A DNA stretch of 64,000 nucleotides, taken from NCBI GenBank assembly GCA_951406725.2, contig OX597826.1:67642001-67706000 (forward strand), in the 5' to 3' direction. Below, in pieces: positions 27,010 to 41,149 of this stretch. The notes under the pieces were generated by a model. It saw only the letters and a program-made list of their open reading frames with translations. It did no database searches and was not told where the DNA came from. Position 1 is the stretch's first letter; every line of letters starts with the position of its first letter. Made by a program: the position numbers and the translations under genes. The stretch is from Octopus vulgaris. Taxonomy: Eukaryota.

Positions 27010-28385
27010 CGTTCAGAACAGGTTTGAACATTTCAATAAAACGTTTTTCTGTTACGTTTCTTACAACCTCACTTGTGGTCATGTAGTTTGTAGAAAGGAA
27101 AGATTAGAGACAGTTTCTGACCACATGTTTCTATATGTTCGCTCAATGGAATTTGGCGAACGTTAGTCTTCCGAATTTGTTGTCTGCGAACTCGTGAGCG
27201 TTCCGATAATGCATTCCCTGTCTCGTCAATATGCAGTTTCTCGCAATTCGGGCATTTAATGCATTGGATCTAATTTCTGCTTTTGCAATTCATATCTGCA
27301 TTTGCGAAAATCTGTACATTTTTGTTCTAATGGATCTATGAATATGCATGTACTGATACGTTCTTCATCTGTTATCATTACACTTGGATACTATGAATAT
27401 TTTCTCCTGCTTGTTCATGTTGAATTTTTTCCTTTGGTAATAGTTTCTTTAAGTTATGCGGTTGTCATTGACTTAATTTAAGTGTTTGATTAGTTATTTT
27501 GTTTCCTTCTAAAAAATTTTTCGCCTTGTTTCATTATTGGCAAATTTGTTTTGATGATGTTAAAAATGTTTTGGCGATGCTGATTGTGTTGCTAGAAATG
27601 GTAATGTTTTCTGTTTATGGTTTCCTCTCTCTAGTGTTGTCCTAAGTTTTATTCTATAGGTATCTCTTTTGCTCGTTGTATGCTATTTTCTATAAGTAGG
27701 AGTGGGTATTTTTGCTTGCGCAGAAATCCTTTGTGTTCTATAAGTCGTATGTTCCTGGTATTTGATCATCTACTATAGTACAAATTTTCCTGGTTAGACA
27801 GTACGGGATATTTCATTTTGTGCGTGTTGAGTGGCATGAATTGAAATTTATGTTCTGGTGTGTGTCTGTGCCTTTGTAATAAATATCAGTTGTGATGGTG
27901 ATCTTCTTTTTGATTACCATTATTCAAGCAATGGTAAATGTGTGTTGTTCATTTCTCTTGGGAATACGGTGTAGACAGCTGAGGAGGGTGCTTGAATTCT
28001 TCCAGATTTTCAAGGAATTTGGTCCAGATAATTAAATATTCATCGAGGTATCTTTTCCACGTGTTCTCTAGTTTTCTTTATTTTAAATATAGATTTTGTT
28101 ACAAGTATTTAAATATAGATTTTGTTCCAAGTATCCCAATATTGAGTTCGTGAAAACTGGAGCAAATCGCATGCCCATAGCTGTGTCTCGAATTTGGAGG
28201 TAGTTTATTTTCCTGTTTAAAAGGAATGTATTATTTTCGAGGATGAGACTGACGGCATCTTGTATGAAGGCTACGGTAAATCTACAGAAGATCACTTCTC
28301 TATATTTCTCGATCCAATATTTTATGACAGTATGTCCCAGATAATGTGGAATGTTCGTATATATGTTTGTTACATGTGGATGGGA
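27010..28385 (-). mobile_element. Penelope-like element remnant (RT + GIY-YIG)
   Basis: VTNIYTNIPH, YLQIRDTAMG.RFAP and WKRYLDD (RT), plus IQCIKCPNCEKLHIDETGNALSER...LSEH and FKPVLN (GIY-YIG-like). Many stops. Confidence 0.88.
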
Positions 28386-28803
28386 TTTAAACAGCATACT
28401 ACAAGGCATCTACAAGAATGTAAAATTATTACATTTATGCATATGTGTGTGTATGGGCATGTGTATGTGTGTGTGTGTGTGTGTGTGTGTAACATTGCTT
28501 CAAAACATCTTCATTTAAAATTTCCGTCCAGATCTGTTATTTGTAGTTTCGCGAACCGTAACTTTCCAAAGGGTCGAGGAGAGGTTAGACGAACATCAAA
28601 GTAGCCTGGATCTTTGGTGTTTACTTAAAAACATCATCCTTTATATCTAGAAGTACAGCTAACATCCGTATGTAATAGCTATCTTTAAATTAAAATCCAC
28701 TGGCCTAGACTAGTCACATTAATCTCATTCGGTGGAAAAGCTGATTCGCGAGTCTGCCAGCAACAAATTTAGACCAAAAAAGAAACGTAGTTATTATGAA
28801 TCG

Positions 28804-28863
<60 letters not shown>

Positions 28864-29113
28864 TTAATAATAATAATAATTCATCAATATATTTAACCTT
28901 ATATGACTGAGATTCTTTTCAACTTACAGCTTTATTATTTCTGTGAAAATACTTATATACATTATATGATTTCTGCATAGAAACAATATACATACATATA
29001 CATATACATATACATACATACATACATACATACATACATACATACATACATACATACATACATACATACATGCATACATAAATATATATATATATACATA
29101 CATAAATATATAT

Positions 29114-29168
<55 letters not shown>

Positions 29169-29277
29169 CATATATATATATATATGTATGTATGTATATG
29201 TGTGCAGATATGTGTACATAAATATATATTTAAACATATATATGTATACGTGTATATATATATATATCATAAAACAA

Positions 29278-29309
<32 letters not shown>

Positions 29310-29609
29310 GTGTGTGTGTATGTGTGATTTCTGTGGCTCACAATAGTTCTGGGTGTGTCTGTGTTTTCGATTATGGAACTAATTGGTAATTAGAGACAGA
29401 TTGAAAGAGAATAACTGAGTGAAAATAGTTTTGTGAGGGAAAGAGAGAATCGATAGGAAAAATTAGAAGCATAGGATCATAGTGCTGTGTAAGGAAAGAG
29501 TGACTCATCCTAATTTCAATATACAGTAATGGATAGGCTGGTGCACAAAGTGGGCGGGGATGATAGTAGAATAGTGGTAATAGTAGGAATACTAGGTTTA
29601 GTATATGAT

Positions 29610-29696
<87 letters not shown>

Positions 29697-29827
29697 GCTA
29701 TCTATCGATATACTTAATGGATAATAAAACGAATGGTTTACACCTGATACCTTACTGGTAAAGCACGGTCACTTTCAAAGTGATCGTTATATATATACCT
29801 ATATATACCTATATATACCTATATATA

Positions 29828-29874
<47 letters not shown>

Positions 29875-29894
29875 GCACACATATATATATATAT

Positions 29895-30343
29895 TCTTCT
29901 AGTCTTTTACTTGCTTCAGGATTTTCACTGCATCATGCTGGAGCACTGACTTTTAGTCGATAGATTAAGGGGACGTAAACACACCAGCATCGGTTGTCAA
30001 GTATGGTGGGTGGTGACAAACACACACACAAATATACACACGCGCACACACATACACTTAAACACACACTCACACACACACATGCACACGCACACACACT
30101 CATACAAACACACACACACACACACACACACATATAGAATTTTTTTCAGAATGAGATAAAAACCAAGGCTGTGAAGATTTTAGAACATTTATAAATGCTG
30201 ATATACGACCTACGTTGAACTCCTTATTCGCATAAGCACCGAACCTGGAGCTTAACTATGGTCTGTTCATAACACATACTAAGCATTACCTGACACCTCA
30301 AGGTCTCAATGACACCATTACCTCTCATGACCCCACCTCTATC

Positions 30344-30388
<45 letters not shown>

Positions 30389-30493
30389 ATATATATATGA
30401 CAGGGTTTTCCATTTGCCCAAAGTTCTACGCAGTGGGACTTAACGCGGAAACATATGGTCAAGAAGCAAGCTTCTTACCAAAAAACTACGCCT

Positions 30494-30497
<4 letters not shown>
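29895..30497 (-). mobile_element. SINE family B, fragmented (29895-30020 and 30398-30497)
   Basis: The 3' and 5' parts are separated by an expanded CA/CT tract and unrelated sequence. Confidence 0.65.
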
Positions 30498-30532
<35 letters not shown>

Positions 30533-30616
30533 GATATATGCATTTATATGCATATATATACGTATATATACGTATGTATATATGTATATATATATATATA
30601 TGTGGGTGTGTGTGGG

Positions 30617-30654
<38 letters not shown>

Positions 30655-31023
30655 ATGATAATATGACTGTGAATGAACATTAGCAGATATTAAGTATGAA
30701 GAACTCCAAATAGTTAATTAGACAATTGGATATATGCAGGATAAAACTTAGAAAGAGAGAGAGAGAGGGTGAGAGAGATAGGCAACCAGTCAGCCAGGTA
30801 GATAGAGTCAGACACAGTGTGAGGCAGCCAGAAGGAAAGAAAGGAAGAAAGAAAGAGAGGCAGACAGCCTGCAGACAAACACACACACACAGAAATTAGT
30901 GTATGATAGCCACTATGAAAGTGACAGTCATGAATGTATATATCTATTTGTGTATATGTATGTATATTTATTAAACTAACTTTCCATTCAGCCCCTCTCT
31001 CTCTCCCTCTACACACACATATA

Positions 31024-31071
<48 letters not shown>

Positions 31072-31965
31072 TATATAAATACAGATACACACATATACAC
31101 ACACATATATATATGTATAGATATATGCATATATAAATACAAATACACACATATACACACACACTCACATATATTTTGTTTATATATATATATATATATA
31201 CGTACACCACCCCACACATATATAAAATATATATTGATATATACATATATGTATATAATAATATATATGTACTTATGTGCGAGTTCTTCTGAATCCTGCG
31301 ATTAAATGGTAGAAATTGATCGTTCAACAAATTGCACCTATTGTAAAGGTAAAGGCGGTGGGTTTGTGTCGGAAAATGGTGGATTTGTGCATTACAGTAC
31401 GGAGGTAGCATTTGTGGCTTAGAACTCAGAACAGAGTGTGAGAATCTGTAGTGCGGCACGTCGATTGGTTTCTTAGTTCGATCGTTGGGGCATGGTGTAG
31501 AGGCTGGAGAATAAACGAGCAGATTGCAAGGTGATGTAGAGTTTGTGAGAATGGTGGGTAGGGCTTGCATCACAGGGCGGAGGTTGGAGCATAGTTTGGA
31601 TGCTGCAGTGAGAGATGGAGATTGGAGCTCTGTGTAAAGGTTTGATAATCATGTGGTTGTTGTGGTGTATTTAGGTGTGGAGGTTTTGGTGCGGTGTTTG
31701 GGGTTTTAGTTTGGATGTGGTGGAAGGAAGGCGAGGCAAAATGGAGGATTGATTGAAAGAACTGTGTGATAAGAAAATAAAATGAAAATATTGACTAAAT
31801 AAACGAAAATCTGGAGTATTTAGAAGGTTGTAATTTCATTAAAACGTGTGTTAATGGATTTTCTATCGCAGCTTCAGGTCGTCAGGTGAAGTTGAAATAT
31901 TCTTTGCTGTTTAAAGTGGTAGAATCACTCCGCCTAACAACTCAACTAGCATCCACTAATCGCGT

Positions 31966-32031
31966 CTAGCTAAACACCACCGCCTCCACCACCAACACCA
32001 ACAACAACAACACCAGCACCACAATAAACAA

Positions 32032-32064
<33 letters not shown>

Positions 32065-33295
32065 AAATGTCAGAAACAAAAACAAAACCGATATCAGCAT
32101 CAACGTACAAATCAACTCCAGCGTTAACACCGTGTTTGCAACTACTATCACCACAGCAACTGCTAAAAAAACCACCACCAATGCCATTGCCACCACCACC
32201 AGAAACTACTCACTACTAACTAACCCCACGATAACTACCACCCCTACTAGCTTTATTTAGACGAACACTATAACGAACACCAGCGCCGACACCACAGCAA
32301 CCACAGCCACCACAGCTATCACAAACTGCACAACCACCGGAATGAATACAACCACCGACACCAACACTACCAACACAACTATCGGCACCATCACCACCAC
32401 GTACACCACCACCACCACAACTATTGGCACCAACCACCGACACCAACACCACCACCACAACCACCGACACCACTACCACAACCTACACACCACCACCACC
32501 ACCACCTACACTACCACCTACACCATCACCACCAACAACAGCAACAATACCACAACCGCCACCACCAGCAGCAGCCGCACCACCACCACCACCACCACCA
32601 CCACCTACACCACCACCACCGACACCACCATCACCACCAACACCACCACCGCCACCGCCGCCACCACCACCTCCACCACCAGCTCCACCAGAACCTGCAC
32701 CATCAAATAAAGCATTAATAATACCAACTTATTACTGTAACCGCTACCACCACACTAGTACCATCAAAAGAACACCTGAGCCATTTCCACCACCCGTCTA
32801 CCATTGGTATCACCGCCGGGTGTAAGACTATATTTATCACAGTACCCCAAACGCTATCACAGCATATTACCTAACCAATGCTACTACAAACACTATCACC
32901 ACACCTGTGCCACCACACCGCCCCAAATTCATAATCGCGTCACTCGCCATCCCCGCCGTTACTATTATCAACCGACAATTACCGTCGCCATCATAACCAC
33001 AACCACCATTACCAGCGCTACCATCCACACGAACGTCGTTAAAACCGCCGCCACCAACAGCAACACAGCCACCACCACTACCAATAGAAACAACAAAAAC
33101 ACCACTACCACCACTGGCAACAACAACAAAACCATCAACAGCAAAAGTAACGCCAACATCAATACTAATACCAACACCGCCACCACACCACCACTACCAA
33201 CCACCTCCACCACCACCAACACCACCACTACCAACCACCACCACCACCACCACCACCACCACCATCACTACTACTACTACTACTACTTCTGTTAG

Positions 33296-33346
<51 letters not shown>

Positions 33347-33560
33347 CCACCACTACTACTACCCGCTCCAACGATATGACCTCCAACACGACGTCCATTA
33401 TACTGAGATCTACAATCGCCATCATCTCCAACACTACTAGCGCCATCACTATCGCCAACGAGAATATGACTTCATCACCAGTATGGTCATATTGCACACA
33501 CCACCGCCGCCGCCGCCGCCACCATCATCATCATATTCCCTCTTCCTCCTCCACCTCCTC
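31966..33560. repeat. Cryptic (CAC/CAA/CTA)n low-complexity domain
   Basis: About 1.6 kb of C/A-rich trinucleotide periodicity. Confidence 0.9.
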
Positions 33561-33957
33561 CTCACTATTGTCTTTTCCAACCGAGAAATTACTAAACACA
33601 CTAAATAAGCTAACATTTTCGTCAGTGCTACTGAAGTGTCACGCGAACCCAAGGACGGAACCCCTGGCCAGTTGCCCCGTCTTCGGTTTCGCAAAGCAGG
33701 CAACTGTCCACCTAATCAGAGCTTGCATTCTACAAGACAGAAAGACATTAGACAATGTAATCGAAGAGACATTGGTGTCAGAACAAGAGATCGATGTTTA
33801 GAGTTGGGAGAGCAGAGGTCATAGGTTTTACTCGATGAGGGTTGAACCGGGGTCAAAAGAAGACCAGAACGCATTTATCACAACGAATACTAACACCGCT
33901 TTCATCAATATCACCCGCCACAAATCAGCACTATCATCACAGACGACAGCAACATAT

Positions 33958-34612
33958 GGTGGAGGCGCAATAGCCCAGTGATTAGCGCAGCGGACTCGCG
34001 GTCGTAAGAACGTGGTTTCGATTCCCAGACCGGGAATTGTGAATATTTATTGAGCAAAAAATACCTAAGCTCCCCGGCCGCGTGGGTAGTGAACCCCGCT
34101 GTAATCTATCACCGCACATTTCTCTCACTCTTTCTTCCTACTTCTGCCACACAGCAGAGGAACCATAGAGTAAATCCCTATGGTGTGGTAAACTTTCAGA
34201 CCCTAGACTAGATTGCGAATCCTCTGTACCCCAGGATGGTTCAGCTCTCCACCCGTTGAAAAATCACCGTTTACGGAATGAGGATAACAACGTAGCTTTC
34301 GCGCCCGTGCAAACCGCCAGCCTATCGCGTGTGGTGGGTGGATCTTCAAGTTGCCACACACATTCTTAGTAGCTTAGAGTAGGATCGAATTAGAGCTTAT
34401 ACTTTGTTGGCCAATGGTGTGAGTCCTGATTGGAAGAAGAAGAAGAAGAAGAAGAAGACGAAGAAGAAGAAGAAGAAGAAGACGAAGAAAAAGAAGAAGA
34501 AGGAGAAGAAGGAGAAGAAGAAGAAGAAGAAGAAGAAGAAGACGAAGAAAAAGAAGAAGAAGGAGAAGAAGAAGGAGAAGAAGAAGAAGAAGAAGAAGAA
34601 GAAGGAGAAGAA
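33958..34612 (+). mobile_element. SINE with head C (tRNA-Arg-like), unique tail Z and (GAA)n terminus
   Basis: Head GGAGGCGCAATAGCCCAGTG..GACTCGCGGTC..GGTTTCGATTCCC. An exact 13-bp TSD GACAGCAACATAT at 33945-33957 and 34613-34625 encloses the GAA tract. Confidence 0.9.
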
Positions 34613-34626
34613 GACAGCAACATATA

Positions 34627-35281
34627 AACAACAATAACAGCACTGGTACTCCGTCATTCACGACGACGAGGGTTTCAGTTGGTTCGATGAACGGAAGAGC
34701 CAGCTCGTGAAATTAACTTGCAAGTGGCTGAGTACTCTGCAAACACGTACACCCTTAATGTAGTTCTTAGAGAGATTCAGAGTGATATAGAATGTGAGAA
34801 GGCTGGCCCCTTTGAATTACAGGTATTATTTTTGAGAGTTGAATGAACTGGTGCAACGCGAAATAAAGTGTCTTGCTCAAGGAGATAATGCACCGCTGGG
34901 AGTCGCACTTGCGAGATTACGAGCGTGAGACGTGTACCTTAACGACCAGTGGAGGCACATGGCCTAGTGGTTAGAGCAGCGGACTCGCCGTCGAGGGATC
35001 GCGGATTCGAATCTCAGACGGGGCGATATGTGTTTTTATGAGCGAAACACCTAAGCTCCACGCGGCTCCGCAGAAGGTAATGGCGAACCTCCGCTGACTC
35101 TTTCGCCACAACTTTCTCTCACTCTTTCCTCCTGCATCTTGCAGCTCACCTGCGACGGACCGGCGTCTTGTCCAGGTTGGGGAACCTATACGTCAAGGGA
35201 ACCGAAAAACCGGCCATTATGAGCCAGGCATGGCTCGAGAAGGAAGAAACAAACACAACCTTAACGACCAAGTCACGCGCC
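34627..35281 (-). mobile_element. SINE with head D (CCTTGAGCAAGACACTT body) and tail X, interrupted at its A-box by another SINE
   Basis: Minus strand GGCGCGTGACT[insert]TGGTCGTTAAGGT...CCTTGAGCAAGACACTTT...TACCTGTAATTCAAAGGG...CCCTCGTCGTCG..GACGGAGT. Confidence 0.8.
34949..35257 (+). mobile_element. SINE with head C and tail Y
   Basis: 13-bp TSD ACCTTAACGACCA at 34936-34948 and 35258-35270. Confidence 0.92.
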
Positions 35282-35376
35282 TTTCACGTAACAGAAGTAC
35301 ATCGCGCCATTACTAACTAAGACACGACTAGCAGCATCCGCTATTACCAACACGATATCCGACATCCCTACGCCTA

Positions 35377-35555
35377 TCAACAACAACAACAACAACAACA
35401 ACAACAAGAACAAGAACAACAACAAGAACAAGAACAAGAACAAGAACAAGAACAAGAACAAGAACAAGAACAACAACAACAACAACAACAGCAACAACAA
35501 CAACAGCAACAACAACAACAACAACAGCAACAACAACAACAACAACAACAGCAAA
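35377..35555. repeat. (CAA)n/(AACAAG)n microsatellite
   Basis: Simple repeat. Confidence 0.95.
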
Positions 35556-35804
35556 AATAACACGTTTCTATAGAGTCAACGCCAACCTTTCACCACACCG
35601 AACACGCCCTCAACACCACCATAAATCAAAACAAAGTCACATATTGCGAGAACGTAATTAAAAATCGATAATTGAGAAGTTAATTAACCTGATTCAAACT
35701 TTTTGAAAATCGAAACCTTTAATATTTAATTGTTTACTACTTTCTGTTTTTTTTGTTGTTTATTGAACATATTTATTTATTTGTTGCTATTATTTACAAT
35801 TTAC

Positions 35805-35851
<47 letters not shown>

Positions 35852-36053
35852 ATTATTATTATTATTGTTGTTGCTGTTGTTGTTGTTGTTGTTATTATTT
35901 TCATCATCATCATCATCATCATTGCCGTTGTTGCAATTTCTATGTTTTGTTTGTGTATATTGAGAATTTACGATGTAGAGTGGATGGAAATTATGTTTTG
36001 TTAATGTTTTTGGTAGACCCTATGTGTCCAGCCTATTTATATGCGTGTCTCTA

Positions 36054-36096
<43 letters not shown>

Positions 36097-36297
36097 GTAT
36101 ATATATCTATATGTATATATATGCATTTGTATATGTATATATATATGTATATGTATAAATACATATATGTATATGTATAAATACATATATATATATATAT
36201 AAATACATATATATATATGTATATATGTATGTATATGTATAAATACATATATATATATATATAAATACATATATATATATATATATGTATGTATATG

Positions 36298-36360
<63 letters not shown>

Positions 36361-36518
36361 TTTCTTCTAAATTATGTCATTGTAAGAAAAAAAAATTTAA
36401 TATTCTTCAGACATTGACGCAAATATATATATTTTTTAACCTTTAAGCCTTCTGTAGTTTTTTCACTTTTTACGATTTTCTATATATTCAACCACGTGCT
36501 TTCACAAACCAAGTTTCT

Positions 36519-36554
<36 letters not shown>

Positions 36555-36939
36555 TGTATGGTTACGTATCGTTAAGTTGTATTTGCAAATATTGAAATAT
36601 TGTTATTTACAAAACAAGCTTACGAAGAGAAAACAATTCAGTACGGTAAACTGATTTAAAGTATTGCTTACAGTGGTTTAGGTCCCTTCTTACAAATAAT
36701 TACTAAGAACAAATGCCAAGAAATGGACGGATTGTCATTGTGTCCCACGACGTATCAATAATGGGAAGATATGTTGTCCTTTTTTGCGGACGATCTAAAA
36801 ATTTTACATTGAACAACTTTATTGCTCCGTCTCGAAAATGTAACACTCCGCTTCTAACAGTATATCGTACACTCCACTGCATTTTTTAAATTCCCTAATT
36901 ATAAAATACGGGATTTCTTCAGTTATCATCTAGATGCTT

Positions 36940-37490
36940 CCCTGTGTCCAGCAAGGGGGCTTGATAAAACTCTCGTATATCCAGACCGTTCTTCGATGTC
37001 GTTAGTCCATCTGGGGCGACTTCTTGTTCCCTTACTTGAACACTTACTGTTAGGATACTATTTTCAAACTATGAAAGCTTTGTGGACTAGTTACTCGGCA
37101 ATAAGTATCTTTGGACTTACAGTTTTTTTTTCTAGTTCTGTAGTATTTAGTATCCAATTTCTCAGTTTATGCTGCCAAATCTACGGAAGATCCACATTTT
37201 CAAAATCTTCCACATTCCTCTACATTGCTCAAATTTCTGCCCTGTATAGGAGAATTGGCATTGTATAAAAGTTTAATAGACTTACTTATAGGTGAAGCGT
37301 CACCTCTTTTAATGTGTAGATCTTTTTGATCTTATAAGAGTTATTTTAGCCTTATTTACTCATTGAGGAAGTTCTACACAGTGACTTCTGTTCAACCATC
37401 TAAATATCTACTAACTTTTCTTCTGTCATTTTGATAACTATTGTCTTTGATTTTATTCTCTTTCAGTAATCTAGAGCTTCACCCTATTTG
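36940..37490 (-). mobile_element. Highly decayed RTE-like LINE fragment
   Basis: YTMPILLYRAEI* (compare LLYGAETW) and KGTRSRPRWTNDIEE (compare GRP..RW.D.I). Confidence 0.6.
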
Positions 37491-37682
37491 ACAACTACAT
37501 ATATCATCATAAGTGGGTATACAGGTAATTATATATTAAAAAAAAGATGCCCCTCAACACACACGCACACATTACTACATCGTTAGCGATTTCTTCTTCT
37601 TCTTCTTCTTCTTCTTCTTCTTCTTCTTCTTCTTCTTCTTCTTCTTCTTCTTCTTCTTCTTCTTCTCCTTCTTCTTCTTTCT

Positions 37683-37944
<262 letters not shown>

Positions 37945-38544
37945 TCATACATATGCAGCGTGAGTGCGTCGATGTGTATGTATATGCGTATCTGCACATG
38001 CGTCAGCTTACATGTGTGCCGGCTCAGTGGATTTGCATTGCATGTTTAGCTCTATTATTAGTAAACATTTGTCTCCCATGATTAAATGAGTTATGTATGT
38101 GAGAATATATGCTCGTATGTGTTGCGTTTATGTGTCTTCATAGCACAGGTACCCACATTGCCTATCTTATACAATAATAGGTAAGATTTACAAAATTCTA
38201 GATTGATAATGCTTATAAAATAATTGATAATTCATTAACCTTCCTCTTGAAAGTGCTGCTCAGTTCGACCTCAATAAATAGTTTGAAAGTATTTCATACA
38301 CGCACACACACACAGACGCGCGCACACACAGACACGTACACACGTCCCTACACATCAAACACACGAATAAGCTACAAACAATTACGTATTCAGACGTGGT
38401 CGTCGCGTGTCTCTAGTCTCTATATGTCTGCATGTGTCTGGGTCTGATTGCGTATTTGTGTGACTGTGTGTGTTTGCAAGTGTGTGTCCGTATGTGAGTG
38501 TGTAATTCTACCTCAAAGAAACCAAATTATATTGCCTAACATAT

Positions 38545-38658
<114 letters not shown>

Positions 38659-39171
38659 AATGAATATTTACGGATATGTTTCCGATGCCCTGATGCAATT
38701 TTTATATCGGAAATTGCGGAGCTCTTTCGTGGAGAGAATGTCTCACTAGAGAATTCTAGGATCGAAAAGTACGCAGTTACATTTTTACGCTAACTTATTT
38801 AAATATATATTGATTCACGTTAGCCATAATATTATTTTGAACAATCAAATTACAGGCAGTTAAACCAATAAAGTTGTATGTATAATCGTGTGATTTGTCA
38901 TGCATTAACCTCACAGAAACGTAATTATGTCGATACCGAAAAAAAAAAGTTCGATTTTAATCTTAATTTATAAATATGTGTTGGTTTATTTTCAGTTCAA
39001 TTCGTTTCCATTAGGCTTTTTCTTTATATCACCCTTCTCGTTTTATCTTGGATAAATTCCGCCACTATCGTAAATATTATGCACAAATATATTTTCGGAC
39101 TATTTGACGAGTACTACGCAAACACACTCGTATATATATTATATATACGCGTTCAGGCAAAAATGCATTTG

Positions 39172-39210
<39 letters not shown>

Positions 39211-39329
39211 ACATACACTTATACATATACACATACATGCACACACATGCATGTAAATATATATATGATGACCGGTGAATTTCACCACAGAAAATTCCAC
39301 CATGGTAAACTTCACCATAGGTGAAATTA

Positions 39330-39394
<65 letters not shown>

Positions 39395-39446
39395 TTTTTT
39401 TTTTTATTACTATTATTATTATTATTATTATTTCTATTATTATTTC

Positions 39447-39485
<39 letters not shown>

Positions 39486-39486
39486 T

Positions 39487-40785
39487 TTTTTTTTCTTCTT
39501 TCAAATTTGCTTCCATTTCTTGCCGAGTGTCTTCCCGACTCCTAGGTCAAAGAAACTCATAGTATACATTGGTAGGCCATTAAACCAAACTCAATAGTTC
39601 GTTCATTTTTTTTTTTTTTTTAAGTTAAATTAAAATACATGAGCAGCAACAGTTCTCACATCGACAATGCTCTTCTCAATACGTGTGATGTACCAGTTAA
39701 GACAATCTTTTGCACTTCTTGCAGGGATGGTAAGCCAGGGATCATTCTCATATAATTTTCGGTTCCCTTCTTGATCATTCCTAGTGCTCCTACGATCACT
39801 GGTATTGTAACCGCCTTGAGATGCCACATTTTCTCAATTTCAATGAGTAGGTCTTTATATTTTCTGAGTTTGTCAAACTCTTTCGCTGAGATATTATGAT
39901 CACAGGGGATGCTCATGTCGATCAATAAACAAACTTTATTGTTTTGGTCTTTCACAACAATATCTGGTTTATTGGCCTTGATGGTTCGGTCTGTATGTAC
40001 TGGAAAGTCCCACAGAATGGTTACATTTTCTCCTTCAGTTACGGCCTCAGGGTGGTGATTATACCACTTGTCGGCAGTTTTGATATTGTAATGCCGGCTT
40101 ATTAGCCAGTGTAGATATTGGCCAACTCTGTCATATCTTAATTTATACTCCACTGGAGCTAAGACTTTACATCCAGAGATTAGGTGGTCCACTGTTTCAA
40201 TCATGTCGTTGCAGAATCGGCATTTTGGGTCTGCTCCATTTTCATCACATTGGCCTGGTAATTCCGGGTTAATAGGCTTTGATCTTGAGCAGCCAGGATG
40301 AAACCTTCGCTCTCTGCTTTTAGCCCGGAGCTCCGTAGCCACTGATGGGTTTGCTTCTGGTCAACATCAGCTTGTTTGCTGCGGGTCACATATTTGCCGT
40401 GCAGAGGTTTCTCCTCCCACCTATCAGCCAATTGCTCGTGCGCTTTTTTCGTTGCCATTATTTTCACCTTCTTTGCAACAATAATTGCCGTACTTCCCTT
40501 GGGTTGTTCTGTGTGGGTATCCTGCACGAGATCAATAGCAAATTTTTTGCTTTCCTTTATAATAGAATGAAGCTTCTTTCGTCTCTCGTGATTTTCCACG
40601 AGCTTTAGCATCCAGTCATTTGATATTTCGAGATATTTGGCCAGTCCAATTGTGGTTGTTTTGTAAGCTAGTTCAAATTGGATCAGGCCTCGACCTCCTT
40701 GGGCTCTGGGAAGGTAAAGGCGATCTAAGTCTGCCTTTGGGCGGTGCATCCTATTACAACTCAGCAGCTTGCGTATTTTTCTATC
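39487..40785 (-). mobile_element. R4/Dong-clade non-LTR retrotransposon, 5'-truncated, in a (TAA)n tract
   Basis: ORFs 40201-40749 and 39656-40342 join across one frameshift: DRLYLPR..GGRGL, KPLHG, AAQDQ, CRFC..H...C zinc knuckle, KPDIVV..LLIDMS..K RLE and GALG. The 3' UTR runs into (TAA)n, and TAA repeats lie on both sides. Confidence 0.95.
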
Positions 40786-40805
40786 TATATTATTATTATT
40801 ATTAA

Positions 40806-40857
<52 letters not shown>

Positions 40858-40870
40858 ATTATTATTATTA

Positions 40871-41120
40871 GTGGAGTTGTGTGGCTTAGTAGTTAGGGCG
40901 TCAGCATCATGATCGTAAGATTGTGGTTTCGATTCCTGGACTGGGCGACGCGTTGTGTTCTTGAGTAAAACACTTCATTTCACGTTGCTCCAGTCCACTC
41001 AGCTGGCAAAAATGAGTAACGCTGCGATGGACTGGCGTCCCATCCACATGGGGAACACATACGCCATAGAAACTGGGAAACCGGGTCCATAAACCTGGCT
41101 AGGCTTTAAAAGGGCGCATT
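40871..41120 (+). mobile_element. SINE with head D (Meta-like body) and Y-like tail
   Basis: A-box TGGCTTAGTAG, B-box GTTTCGATTCC, TTGTGTTCTTGAGTAAAACACTT...CCACTCAGCTG..AAATGAGTA, then GCGATGGACTGGCGTCCCATCCA..GGGGAAC..GGAAACCGG. Flanked by (TTA)n. Confidence 0.85.
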
Positions 41121-41149
41121 TATTATTTATTATTATTATTATAATAAAT

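Noticed and set aside
32424-32825. Poly-proline formin/extensin-like ORF
   Set aside because: It comes from a CCA repeat and lacks an ATG start, and the overlapping frame is equally open.
33961-34035. tRNA-Arg gene (also 34951, 50446, 52112)
   Set aside because: These are SINE heads with no acceptor-stem closure, continuous with SINE bodies and enclosed by TSDs.
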